DNA of 63,067 nt, filler included, from Octopus bimaculoides (taxonomy: Eukaryota), in assembly GCF_001194135.2 (NCBI RefSeq). It is 5 parts of 4 records of this genome, joined end to end, with 100 filler letters (N's around TTAATTAATTAA, not from the genome) between each part and the next. Parts side by side here need not be neighbours in the genome. Positions count along the whole stretch, not along the records: positions 28,760 to 58,385 come from NC_068989.1; positions 58,486 to 61,449 come from NC_068992.1; positions 61,550 to 63,067 come from NW_026355837.1; 2 more parts are not named here. One strand, written 5' to 3'. Of this stretch, positions 49,681-62,025 are shown piece after piece; position 1 is the stretch's first letter, and every line of letters begins with the position of its first letter. The translations under genes and the position numbers were made by a program. Under the pieces are notes generated by a model that did no database searches, was not told the origin of the DNA, and worked only from the letters and a program-made list of their open reading frames with translations.

Positions 49681-49894
49681 TGCCCTGACTGGCTCCTGTG
49701 CCAGTGGCACGTCAAAAGCCTCCACTTACACTCTCGGAGTTGGCATTAGGAAAGGCATCCAGCTGTAGAAACATTGCCAGATCAGATTGGAGCCTGGTGT
49801 GGCCTCCTGGCTTGCTAGTCCCCAGTCAAACCGTCCAAACCCATGCCGGCATGGAAAACGGACGTTAAACAATGATGATGGTGATGATGATGAT
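49681..49894 (+). mobile_element. (ATG)n-tailed SINE-like / RTE-associated short retroelement, young representative copy
   Basis: GGCATTAGGAAAGGCATCCAGCTG core and GGACGTTAAAC(A/G)ATGATGATG tail; CpGs intact; many older copies between 33.0 and 57.3 kb. Confidence 0.7.
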
Positions 49895-50575
49895 TTGTGT
49901 TATCAATATTGACCATAAGTGAGTGATTTACAAAAAAAAAAAAAAGTCCCTTTAGATATTTGTTCTGTATTATTACACATGCCTTTGTCACATCATCATC
50001 ATCAATAGTATTGTAAACCAGTGATTAGCATGCTTGCAATCTTTAACCAATTCTGCTATTGTTCATTTACAATATAAAATGAATAAAAAACAAAATGAAT
50101 AAAAAACAAAATGAATATAATGTGATGTAGCATCTTTTTTGCTACTATGTAATAAATAATGTAGTGAAAGACAACTATAGACTATATTTAAAAATTTTGG
50201 TATTGGTTCTGTCTTGTTGTTCCATCTCATATTATCATGTATTGTTATATCTATATATGTATCTCTACTCTGTAATCAGCTCTGTAATTACTGCAGTTCA
50301 CTGGATATTTACCAACACCAATTGGTAAAATGTTTATACAACCATATAAATTGTTGAAGATAAAAGATTGTGAATATAGAACATAGTAATATATGAAAGA
50401 AATTCAATATAATCGATGGAATTATCTCTGATGTTTGGAAAAATACATTAAATGCTCTGGAGCATCAGAAACAATTCCACTCACAAAGAAGGGCCGAAAA
50501 TCAGTTTACTCAATTCATAATCGTAATAGTTTACGAGATTTTATAATCATTATTATTATTATTATTATTATTATT

Positions 50576-51300
50576 GTAGTGGTGAGCTGACAAAATGTCG
50601 AAAAGCATTTCTTGTGGTTCTTTACATTCTGAGTTCAAATTCCACCAAGGTCAATTTGACTTTTCATACTTTCAGAGTTGATAGAATAAGCACCAGTTGA
50701 GCACTATTCAATGTAACTGGCTAATCCCCTCTCCTTAAAAATTGCTAGTCTTGTGTCAAAATCTGAAACTATCATCATCATCGTCGTCATCAAAGGTTGT
50801 GAGTTGGCAGAATTATTAGCACACTGGACAAAACGCTTCACAATATTTTGTCCGTCTCTATGTTCTGAGTTCAGATTCTGCTGAGGTCAACTTGCCTTTC
50901 ATCCTTTTGGGGTCAATAAATTAAGTACCAGTGGAACAATGGGGTTGATGTTATCGACTAGTCTCCTCCCACCAAACTTCAGGCCTTGTGCCTTTAGTAG
51001 AAAGGATTATAATAAAAGTGGCAACAAAATACTTTGCAACATTTTGTCCATCTGTATGTTCTGAGTTCAAATTCCACCAAGATTGACTTTGCCTTTCATC
51101 CTTTCTGGGTTGATAAAATGAGTACTAGTTGAGCAGGGGTGGGGGTCAATGTAATCGACTAGCCCCCTCCCTACAAAATTTCAGGCCTTGTGCCTATAGA
51201 AAGGATTATTATTAAAGCAGCAAGTTGGTAGAATTGCTAGCACATCAGACTAAATGCTTAATGGAATTTCTCCTAGCTCTTTATGTTCTGAGTTCAAATT
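50576..51300 (+). mobile_element. Tandem array of about 4 family E SINE units
   Basis: Four occurrences of TTCTGAGTTCA(A/G)ATT, each unit preceded by a short ATT/ATC run. Confidence 0.8.
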
Positions 51301-52743
51301 TGCCTTTCCTCCTTAACTTTCGTTTTACTATGCTTGCATGAGTCGGATGGTTTAATGGAATCTGCAGAGTTAAGAGCACTGTGTTATGCTCCAACATCTA
51401 CTTTAGCATGGCCTCTATGACTGGATGCCCTTCCTAACACCAGCCAGTTTACAGAGTTTGCTTGATTGCTATTTCTAACTTGCAAAATTTTTTTAAAAAT
51501 TGACTGAATGAGAGTATAGTAGAGCAGGAGGAAGCAGGTTTATGTTGGGTATTGAGAGGTTGAAGTATAGTAGAAGGAACAGAAATAAGCTTCTTGCTAT
51601 AGAGGGGGATGCTTGGCTACCTCACATTATATAGGGATAAATGAGAGTAATCAGGATGGAGCTGGGAAAATAAAGATGGTAGTGACAAGGTGTCAGAGCA
51701 TACCTTCAAGATACAAAGAGGTGGATAAAAGTGAATGTGAGGACAGAAGATCAAGAAGAGTAAGTAAAGATTGCGAGACATGGAGTAAGGGTGAATGTAA
51801 TGAATGGTCAACAAGAGGGACGGTCAATGATAAATATGAGTTGGAGGCACCAGACTCCAGTCTGATTTGGCATGGTTTCTACGGTTGGATGTCCTTCTAA
51901 ATGCCAACCACTTCAAGAGTATAATGGGTGCCAGTTGCATGACACCAGTATCTGCCGTGTGTGTGTGTGTATAAGAGAGAGAGAGAGAGAGAGAAAGAAG
52001 AGAATTACTGCTCATCAAATTTTATTTACAAAGTATTAGTCAGGCTGCGGATGTGGTAGAAGACCCTTACTGAAAGTGCTGCATGTGGGATTGGATCTCG
52101 AACCGCATGATCAGGAAGTGAAATTCTTAGCTATCCAGCCATGCTTGCTAACATCCAATGATAACTTAAAATATATTGAATTATATTCTTTTATGGCACT
52201 GACTCAAAATCTGTAGCTCTGGATTATCGATTCTTATTCCCAACAATTAAATATTCTTATTGAATATATATTACTACAACCGATCCATAATCTGAAATAA
52301 ATCTGTGAAACTGACCCCAGTGGCAGTGGTATAGAACTGGCTATGTATGTCATCAACTGAACTTTTCCTGGAACTGAAAATTTATAGGTTATCTCCCTAT
52401 ACATGTAAGAAACTTACTCTGACCTATTAGATGGTTCCATCAAAACTGAACAGAGAATCAAAGAATGAAAGCAAAAGAAGAAAAAAATCAGTATAACAAT
52501 GCAAGTGTAGTAATATATAATATCAATAGAAGTAGATCTTTCCATCAAATTTATCATATTGTTACAATGCGATTTTGTATTCATACTTTCCACAAATCTT
52601 TATATTGGGAGAGTGAGCGGGTAGGAAAGAGAGTGTGTGTGTGTGTGTGTTATTGCTACTGTAGAAAAGTACAAATGCTTTCAAATTGTTAGATTTGTAC
52701 TAGTGTTGTTATACATCTGTTAAAACTGGAATAACATACTTAA

Positions 52744-53055
52744 CCCCTTAGCATTCACATTACTCTGTTGTCGTCATCATCGTTTAACATCTACCTTGGA
52801 TGCTGGCTTGGGTTGGAAGGTTTGACAGTAGCCAGCCAGGTAGAAGGCTACACCAAGCTACTGTGTCTGTCAAATGTAATATTTATTTATTCATATTGCT
52901 TTGAGAGAATCATGCAGCTTCAAGATTTCAATGATGTGATTGTTTACTTTTAAAATGACACTGTAGGGTAGGTGGGAGAGGTTGGATCTGGCCAGTTTGA
53001 ACATAAAACAGATAGAATATTTTGGCCAGATATGGCTGGTTTAAATTCTAAAGGG
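52744..53055. mobile_element. TTAA piggyBac-like MITE interrupted by a retroelement tail (52769-52865)
   Basis: TTAA/CCCCTTAGCATT ... TTCTAAAGGG/CTAA; the insert has a (CAT)n-type end and TCTGT direct repeats (52764-52768, 52866-52870). Confidence 0.7.
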
Positions 53056-53870
53056 CTAAGTTTGTTTGACTTGCTTTTGTCTAAATTTTCATTAACAATT
53101 GGAAGACCCTGTTAATATTGTGATACATCACTGGAATACAATACTGTACTCTTTCCAGAATCGTACTGTTTCTGCCTTGGCCAATCCTTACTCTTGGTAT
53201 GATACTCCATGGTTCACCATTCGCTGAGAGTAAGGGTGAATTTACTGCATTCACCCTTACCCTCATCTCTAACCACCTCTCACTCTATCCCTATACTCTA
53301 ACAACCTTTATGCACTGACCCTTCCTGATCAGCTATCCTACACACACCCTTTCATTTATTTTCTTGCATCTTGAGAGTATGCCCTGACACTGCATCACCA
53401 CTGTTGTTTTTATCTCTTACTTGATGGAACATTAACTAATATCAGTATGTTTGAGATATCTGTGTGTTTGTGTGTATATATTCTTTTATTTGCTTGTCAT
53501 TTGACTGTGGCCATGGTGGAGCACCACCTTGAAGGGTTTTAGTCAGACAAATTGACCCTAGGGCTTTTTTTAAAGCCTGGTTCTTATTCTATTAGTCTAT
53601 TTTGCCAAACTGCTAAATTACAGGGGACAAACAGATACAAAGACACACACACACGCACATATATACAACAGGCTTCTTTTAGTTTCCAGCTACCAGATCC
53701 ACTCACAAGGCTTTGGTTAGCCTGAGACTATAATAGAAGACACTTGCCCAAGGTACCACCCAATGGGATTGAACCCAGAACCATGTGGTTGGGAAGCAAG
53801 CTTCTTACCACACAGCTGTACCTGTGCCTATCTATGTATCTATGTATATATATATATGTGTGTGTGTGTG

Positions 53871-53911
<41 letters not shown>

Positions 53912-56900
53912 CATCATCATTACTATCTCATCATCGTTGAATGTCCATTTTCCATACTGGCATGGGTTGGATGGTTTGACATGTGCTGGTCAGCTAGAGC
54001 GCTGTCTAGGCTCCAGTTGTCTGTTTTGACATGGTTTCTATAGCTGGATGCCCTTCCTAATGTGAATCACTTCCTAATATGTGCTGGGTGCTTTTTGTGT
54101 GCCACCAAGCATGAGTACATCCTACATATGTCTTGCAAACAACTCGCACATGCAAGTGCTACCAGTCAATAACTCCGCATACTGGAAGCCAGCAAGTGTA
54201 TGGGGTCATCAGGAGAGAATGCGCGCCGTTTCGGGGCCTACCTCTCGACGGCATCAATGCACACCGGCCCCCCTCACTGATATGAGGCCCCGCTTGCACA
54301 AATATATATATCTCTTGAAATATACTCTTGGGAAGTTAAATTGGTGACACATACCTTTTAGGATCTCTTTCGAGCACACCAAGAATTGCTTAACAAATTC
54401 AAAAATGGGAAAATAAATCTTGAAACAATCATGCTGAGAACAACAAGCATTTATGAAATATCTACATTCTTTCCAAACCTACCAAATATTCATCCAAATT
54501 TTTTTTTATCAATATTATATATTTGTTAGCTCTAAAAGGATTTCTTATCTAAACTAAATAACAATGATGATAATATATATTTATTCAAAATTTCTGTTTT
54601 TCTTTAAATCGATGATGATTCTTAGTAGATTCAAATGTAATCTTGAATATTTTCCCATATATTCTCTTATCCAAGATAAGTGATACGTTTTCTGGATGTT
54701 TGTTTTAAGGTTTCTGTAGAAATGTAACTGCTGAGTAAAATTGGAAAAAGAATAAGCAAAACTGAAAATAATTGTATTTTAAAGTTAAATGCTCTCAGTA
54801 AATTCTGTTTGTTCATTATTTGTTAAGAAGGGGTGAAAAAAAAAGGCTTATTTTTCAAATAATCATAGTTTTGTATGAATTCTGTTGTCATGTTAATTAA
54901 GATAGGTTTCTTATTCTTGATAGAATATTTTATTTAATCATGTGAAATTATTTTTCTTTGTAACCTTTATAATAATCTGATTTAAAAAAAGAAAGAAAAA
55001 TTCAAAACCAATATGCTTGGGTTAGTAGAATTGTTAAAACATCAAGGAAAATGCCTTTCTGTATTTATTCTAACTGTTTATGTTCTGAGTTCAAATCCTG
55101 CCAAGGCCAGCTTTGCTTTTCATTTCTCTGAGGTTGATAAAACAAAGTATTAGTGGCTTACTGGATTCAATAAATCATCAATCCACACCTCACCCATAAT
55201 TCAAGGCCTTATGAAAATTAAGGATACATAAGAATATAAATTTTAAATAATTTTCATTTATCTAATTGCTACTCTAAATGTGTATAAATATTAAAAATAT
55301 TTTAATAAAATAGTTGTAAAATACTTGCCAAATAAATTTTTGTTTGTCTGTACAACTTTCTATATTCTGGCACATTTGCTAATATTCATCATATATGTCA
55401 TTTCTTGCTTAGTCCATAATAATTATTTCTCTATAATACATTTTAAATGTTCATATTAAATGTTACCATATTTCTGTTGAAATTGATTTCAAATAATTTT
55501 GAAAATAATGAATGATTTAGCAAAATAACTAAATTATTCATTATTAAGCTGGTGTTCAAGACATAAATAATAAATTTACATGAAATTTGATGGATTTTAA
55601 TTTAAATCACTTTCGCCCTTTTGTTACCTTATATCCATTGAAATGCATTGCTTTTTTTTTTTTTTGTTTCGATGACTTTTGAAAATAATGAAGAACTTAG
55701 TAAAATAACTTTGTCATTATTAAACTAATGTTTGGGACATAAATTAACATGAAATTTTGACAGAAGGGGTTTTTAATTTAGGCACTTTTAAGACAAAAAG
55801 TCTGTATCACAGAGTCTAGAGCTATCTCAGGTAGATTGGTGTCAAGAGTTAAGCTTCTCTCATTTCACATCATTCAGAATTTTATACTGTATATTCTGGT
55901 CATATAGAACAACTTTCTTTCATTCCTTACAACATATATACATGGATGTGTATCCCAGTTTTAGAATGGGTTTTCTGTGTACTTTGTAAGAAGTGAGTAA
56001 AGGAAGTAAAGGAGTTGGTGATAGAAAGATCATCCAGCAGTAAAAGACTGTCTCAGGAAACACATCCAGTACATACCAACATAGAAAAAAAACATAAAAT
56101 GGTGTGTGTGTAATTTTTTCTAAGTGGTTGAATAGAAAAAGGAATAGAAAGTATGAAAATAATTTTTTTAAATGTATTTATTGTGGACATCATCACCATC
56201 ATCATCATCATTTAACATCCATTTATCCATGCTTGCATGAGTCAGGCAGATTCTATATAGCCAGATGCCCTTTCTATTGCTATCTCCTTTTTCCAAGCAA
56301 GATAGCTATTTTCCCATGGCCAGACATGGTTTCCATGGTAAACTGGAAACATTGCTTTTATGATAGTGATGCTCACTTACAACCATCACTTGAGGCCAAG
56401 ACAAAGGTTCACACACACAACACAAACACACACTCAAATATATACACACACACACACACACATACACGTATATACATATGCACATAGATTAAAATAAAAA
56501 TGAAAAAGCAAAATATTTGGCATAGAGAATATTAACATATATGAACTCTATATGTTTATATTCTCTATGTAAATCAAATGTCTTTCTTGAGTGATGCCAA
56601 ATGTTTTGCTTTTTAATTTTTACTTTTATTTACATCTACATACACAACAGGCTTCTTTCATTTTCCATCTGCCAAATCCACTCACAAGACTTTGGTTGGG
56701 AAGCAAGCTTCTTCTTCACAGTCATACCTGTGCATATTACAATAATTTTGAAAAGGCCACAAAAGAAACTGAAAGTGATTGTATGTTGTTCCATAATTTC
56801 ATAACCCAGGTTTTTATCATACATTTCCATTTGATTCACTGTTTCCTTTTATGCTGGTATCCTTTCCAGTATTTTGTCTGTATTCTCTGTTCTTGTATCT

Positions 56901-57772
56901 TGAGAATACACTCTGACACATCATCACTGCTACCATAGTCTTCTTTTCAGTTACTCCCGCCATTATATAATGCAGGGTAGCCACATATCTCCTTCGTAGT
57001 AAGCTACCTGTGCCTGTCCACTTTATCATACTTTAGTGTCTTGGCATGGCACCTGGCATAGTTCTACCTCTGCCAACCCTGTCTGCCCACTCAATTGAGG
57101 GCCTTTTTGCTAGTTACTTGGCATCCTCACTAGTGCTGGTACCACATAAAAAGTAGACTGTAAAGTGGTTGGCATTAGGAAAGGTATCCTGTTATAGGAA
57201 CCATGCCAAAATAGACATTGCAGCTCAACACAGTTCAACTTGTTGAATCCTGTCAAATTGTCCATTCCATGCTGACATGAAAAACAGACACTAAATAATA
57301 ATGATGATTGCGATGAGGACAACAACATTAATATTATCTTTCTTTCTTTATATATATATATATAGTTGCAAATTCCAATCATAAAACAGGCAAAACAATT
57401 CTGTAAGCTTCTTGCAATTTACCAATCCGAATAAAGAACTTTATTTTATTTGCATTTACCTTGTATATTTCTTGAATGACAAGACAATCTCAAGTCTTTC
57501 TTCTACATCTTGTCCATTGATGATAAATTTTGTTTTAACTGCTAATACCAAACTATGGACTAACATTCAACATTTTGCTTACAGCTAAAGAAAAAAAAGA
57601 AAAAATCCTGAAAAGAGCTCAGAATAATAGCCTCATATATTAACTCACTGACAGTGAGATTTATAATATAAGTTATTTCTGCTACCTGCAACTGGTTGTC
57701 ATAGAAAAATTAAGAATAGTATTTTGATTTCTGATAAAGAATAATCTATCATATATATAGTATGTATATGAT

Positions 57773-58080
57773 GGAGGCATATGGCCTAGTGGTTAGAGCA
57801 GGAGACTCACAGTTGAGGGATTGCTGGTTTGAATCTCAGACTGGGCGATGTGTGTGTTTATGAGTGAAACACCTAAGCTCCACATGGTTCTGGCAGAAGG
57901 TAATGGCAAACTTCTGCTGACTCTTTCACCACAACTTTCTCTCACTCTTTCCTCCTGCATCTGGCAGCTCACCTGTGACGGACTGGGCATCCTGTCCAGG
58001 TGGGAAGCCTATACGCCAATGAAACCAGGAAGCCAGCCCTTAGAGCCAGGCATGGTTCAAGAAGGAACAAACAACAACAA
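57773..58080 (+). mobile_element. tRNA-derived SINE, head type A + a different tail (type 2)
   Basis: Head and body match 1240-1430 (GAAACACCTAAGCTCCAC...CTCTTTCACCACAACTTTCT), then diverge into GGACTGGGCATCCTGTCCAGG...GAACAAACAACAACAA. Confidence 0.7.
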
Positions 58081-58098
58081 AATGTGTATGATGAAGAG

Positions 58099-58385
58099 AA
58101 TGAAGAGAATGAATGGGAGAAAGAGAGCCTGCCGTATGTCGACCCAATAGAGGGACCAGCTATCCGAGTTGATAGTACCAGGGTAGATAAAGCAATTAAG
58201 AGTATGAAGACCGGGAAAGCCCCCGGCCCATCAGGAATCACTGCAGAGATGCTCAAAATATCTGGCAGTGTTGGCTATAGCCTAGTCACCCGTATTACGA
58301 ACCAGGTGATACACGAAGGAGTCATACCCAATGACTGGTGTAGCAGCATCATAGTCAACTGCTACAAAGGTAAAGGGGACGCTTT
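58099..58385 (+). mobile_element. RTE-clade LINE fragment, start of the reverse transcriptase domain
   Basis: VDKAIKSMKTGKAPGPSGITAEMLK...VIPNDWCSSIIVNCYKGKGDA, open until the gap. Confidence 0.9.
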
Positions 58386-58485
58386 NNNNNNNNNNNNNNN
58401 NNNNNNNNNNNNNNNNNNNNNNNNNNNNNTTAATTAATTAANNNNNNNNNNNNNNNNNNNNNNNNNNNNNNNNNNNNNNNNNNNN

Positions 58486-58532
<47 letters not shown>

Positions 58533-59201
58533 TATACCTATATATATATATATATATGTATATATATAGCTTTATATCTTTGCACACATCTTTAGTAAAG
58601 CACTGAATTAATTACAGATTACATTAATTACAGCTGTTAGTTTCACAGATTCTCTGATAATGATGTTAATTCACTTTCACTCTATGAATATTGAGACAAT
58701 AATGGAGAAGAAAGTTTATTTCAAATAATCTTCGAATCGTTCATGATGCGTTTTATTATATCCATTTATGCAACCACGCATCAATCCATCCATCCATCGA
58801 ATTATTATTTTCTACTGAAAGCACAAGGCCTTGAAAATTTTGTGGGAGGGGACTAGTCGATTACAACGACCCAGTGTTTTACTGGTACTTAATTTATGGA
58901 CACCGAATGGATGAAAGGCAAAGTCGACCCTATCCATCGAATTATTGTGACGTTGATTATTTCCTTTGTGTTTTCTTCTTGGTTTCTTCCTTACCAGCGT
59001 CTCCTGTTTAAACGTTATCTGTTCAAAAGACAACTGACTAATAGTCTAGTTCTCAGCGCTTGATAAATGACGAAATAAATTATTATTTCGACCAGGAAAC
59101 CCCGGGCAGCTGAATTTAACAAGATTTGTTGTTTTTATAATAACATTATCTTTACTCTTTTAGCTGATCATGTGCTTTTCTAGTTGTTGAAGTATTAGCA
59201 C

Positions 59202-59290
<89 letters not shown>

Positions 59291-59734
59291 ACACACTATA
59301 TATATATATATATATATAAATGCATGTATGTGTGTGCGTGTGTGAGTCTTTGTGCATGCGTTTGTCCTCTGCTATAGTTCATAACCGGTGCTGGTGCGTT
59401 TACGCTCTCATAGCTTAGCGGTTCGGCGAAAGGGGTCCAATAGTATAAGTACCAGACTTTACAAACTAATACCAATAATACGCACTGAGATCGATTCGTT
59501 CGACTAAAATTCCTCAACGTGGTGCCTCCAGAATGGCCGCAGTCTAATGATTGAAACAACTAAAAATAAAAGATGAAATACATATCTATAATGCCGGATC
59601 TGCGACCTCTCAATGCGGAGAAGAAGCATTTCGACCCGGAGAGTCTCCCTGATCTCCGAGTTACGCACTCTGCCGAGTAACTCATCCATGTGAAGTGTCC
59701 ATTTACATAGAAAAATGCATACATTTGAGATTCT

Positions 59735-60210
59735 GTATGTATGTATGTGTGTGTGTGTGTATGTGTGGGTGTGTGTGTGTGTTTATGTATGTGTGTGTGT
59801 GTGTGAGTGTGTATGTATGTATGCGTATGTTTTTGTATGTGTGTGTATGTGTGTATGTGTATGTATGTATGTATGTATGTGTGTGTGTATGTATGTATGC
59901 GTGTGTTTTTGTATGTGTATGTGTGTATGTATGTATGTATGTATGTGTGTGTATGTATGTACGCGTGTGTTTGTGTATGTGTATGTGTGTATGTGTGTAT
60001 GTATGTGCATGTATGTATATATATGTGTGTGTATGTATGTATGTACGTATGTACGTGTGTTTATGTATGTGTGTGTGTTTGTATGTTTATATGTATATAT
60101 GCATGCATGCAGTGTGTGTATGTATGTATGTACACATGTATCTATATGTGTATGTGTGTGTGTGTGCGTGTGAGTGTGCATGCGTGTGCGTGTGTGTATG
60201 TGTGTGTGTG
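59735..60210. repeat. Compound (TG)n/(TGTA)n microsatellite
   Basis: Directly visible; similar tracts at 9305-9620, 23500-24130 and 44090-44470. Confidence 0.95.
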
Positions 60211-60469
60211 TCCTTGTGTTTGTCGCCTCCCACCACCAATTGACAACAGGTGTTGGTTAGTTTACGTCCCCGTAACTCAGCGGTTTCAACAAAAGAGACT
60301 GATAGAATAAGTATCAGAAGTGAAGACAAAATATGTACTGAGACAGATTTGTTCGACTAAATCCTTCAAGGCGGTGCCCCAGCATAGCCGCAGTTGAGTG
60401 ACTGGAACAAGCAAAAGAATAAATATATGTCTACATCGAAACAGTATTGATTTCTTTAATGCCCACAGG

Positions 60470-61090
60470 GGGTTAAACATAGAGGGGACAAACAAGGAAA
60501 GAGAAAGAGATTAAGTCGATTGCATCGACTCCAGTGGATAACTGTTACTTATTTAATCGACCCCGAAAGGATGAAAGACAAAGTCGACCTTGGCGGAATT
60601 TGATCTCAGAATATAACGGCAGACGAAATACCGCAATGCATTTCGCCCCACGTACTAACGATTCTTTTCTACTCTAGGCACAAGGCCTGAAAATTTTGGG
60701 GAGAGGGCTAGTCGATTAGATCAACCCCAGTACGCAACTGGTACTAAATTTATCGACCCCGAAAGGATGAAAGCAAAGCCGACCATGGCGGAATTTGAAC
60801 TCAGAACGTAAAGACAGACAAAATACTGCTAAGCATTTTGCCCGGCATGCTAACGTTTCTTATTTCTTTTTTGCCCACAAGGGGCTACACACAGAGGGGA
60901 CAAACAAGGACAGACAAACGGATTAAGTCGATTATATCGACTCCAGTGCGTAACTGGTACTTATTTAATCAACCCCAAAAGGATGAAAGGCAAAGTCAGC
61001 CTCAGCGGAATTTGAACTCAGAACGTAGCGGCAGACGAAATACCGCTAAGCATTTCGCCCGGCGTGCTAACGTTTCTGCCAGCTCGCCCC
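60470..61090 (-). mobile_element. Tandem array of about 3 family E SINE units, CpG-intact
   Basis: Three CCCCGAAAGGATGAAA(G)...GGCGGAATTTGA.CTCAGAA-like units. Confidence 0.8.
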
Positions 61091-61744
61091 CTTTACATCG
61101 AAACAATATTGACAAACATGACCACCGTGCAACATTAAAACATATGCAACTAATATGTGAATTTCTATATGGTCGGATTCTCTGCTAGATATAGATACCA
61201 AATGTCTCTCATGTTATCTACGCATCGTCTTTAAAAATAATATGAAAGATTTCATTAACAAATGTAGAATTAAATACCTTATACCCGATAAAGAAAGAGA
61301 CCGAATGGTTACAAAAAGGCTTGTGATCATTTGTTGGTTTAATCAGGCCCGACATGAGGTTATACAACAACAACAACAACGACAACTACCATGCAACATT
61401 AGTAACATTACCACCACACCACTCCCGTTACCACAACTACCACCATGACNNNNNNNNNNNNNNNNNNNNNNNNNNNNNNNNNNNNNNNNNNNNTTAATTA
61501 ATTAANNNNNNNNNNNNNNNNNNNNNNNNNNNNNNNNNNNNNNNNNNNNATCATACGTAAATACACACATATATATGTACCTATGGTTACCAATGACCTA
61601 ATTCCAATTTGGCGGGAATTATAAATTTACTTTCCATTTCTAACACCGTCCTTCACCATCGAGACATCTTTCTCAAATACGATCAACAAACATTTATTCC
61701 CTACAAACTGTGAGTTTTTTAAAAAAATGTTTTCGTAAATCTTG

Positions 61745-61870
61745 AGATTAACACCCGCATCATTACCTACCTAACCCTAACAAACCCTAACAAACCCTAA
61801 CCCTAACAAACCCTAACCATAACAAACCCTAACCCTAACACTGTAGTGAAAATCGTGCGGGTGTTAATCT
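61745..61870. repeat. Telomere-like (CCCTAA/CCTAACAAA)n tract enclosed by 15-bp inverted repeats
   Basis: AGATTAACACCCGCA (61745-61759) and TGCGGGTGTTAATCT (61856-61870) bracket about 70 bp of CCCTAAC variants. Confidence 0.8.
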
Positions 61871-62025
61871 GGAAATTTAACAATCTTTTTTAAAACACTT
61901 TTACTTACTAACATCTTTTTATTTAGTGTGTGTGTTGCCCATATATATATAAACACTTAAGACTTAGTTGTGGGTTGGGGGTTTCATCGGCAGAGGTCAT
62001 TATTATTATTATTTATTTATTATTA

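Noticed and set aside
54190-54300. CpG-rich segment with - strand TTGATGCC...GGCCCC-GAAACGGC resembling a hammerhead
   Set aside because: The core needs several corrections and the stem II register is inconsistent; probably a young repeat fragment, but not supportable as a ribozyme.
2762-58437. ORFs with long X runs
   Set aside because: Artefacts of reading through N gaps.
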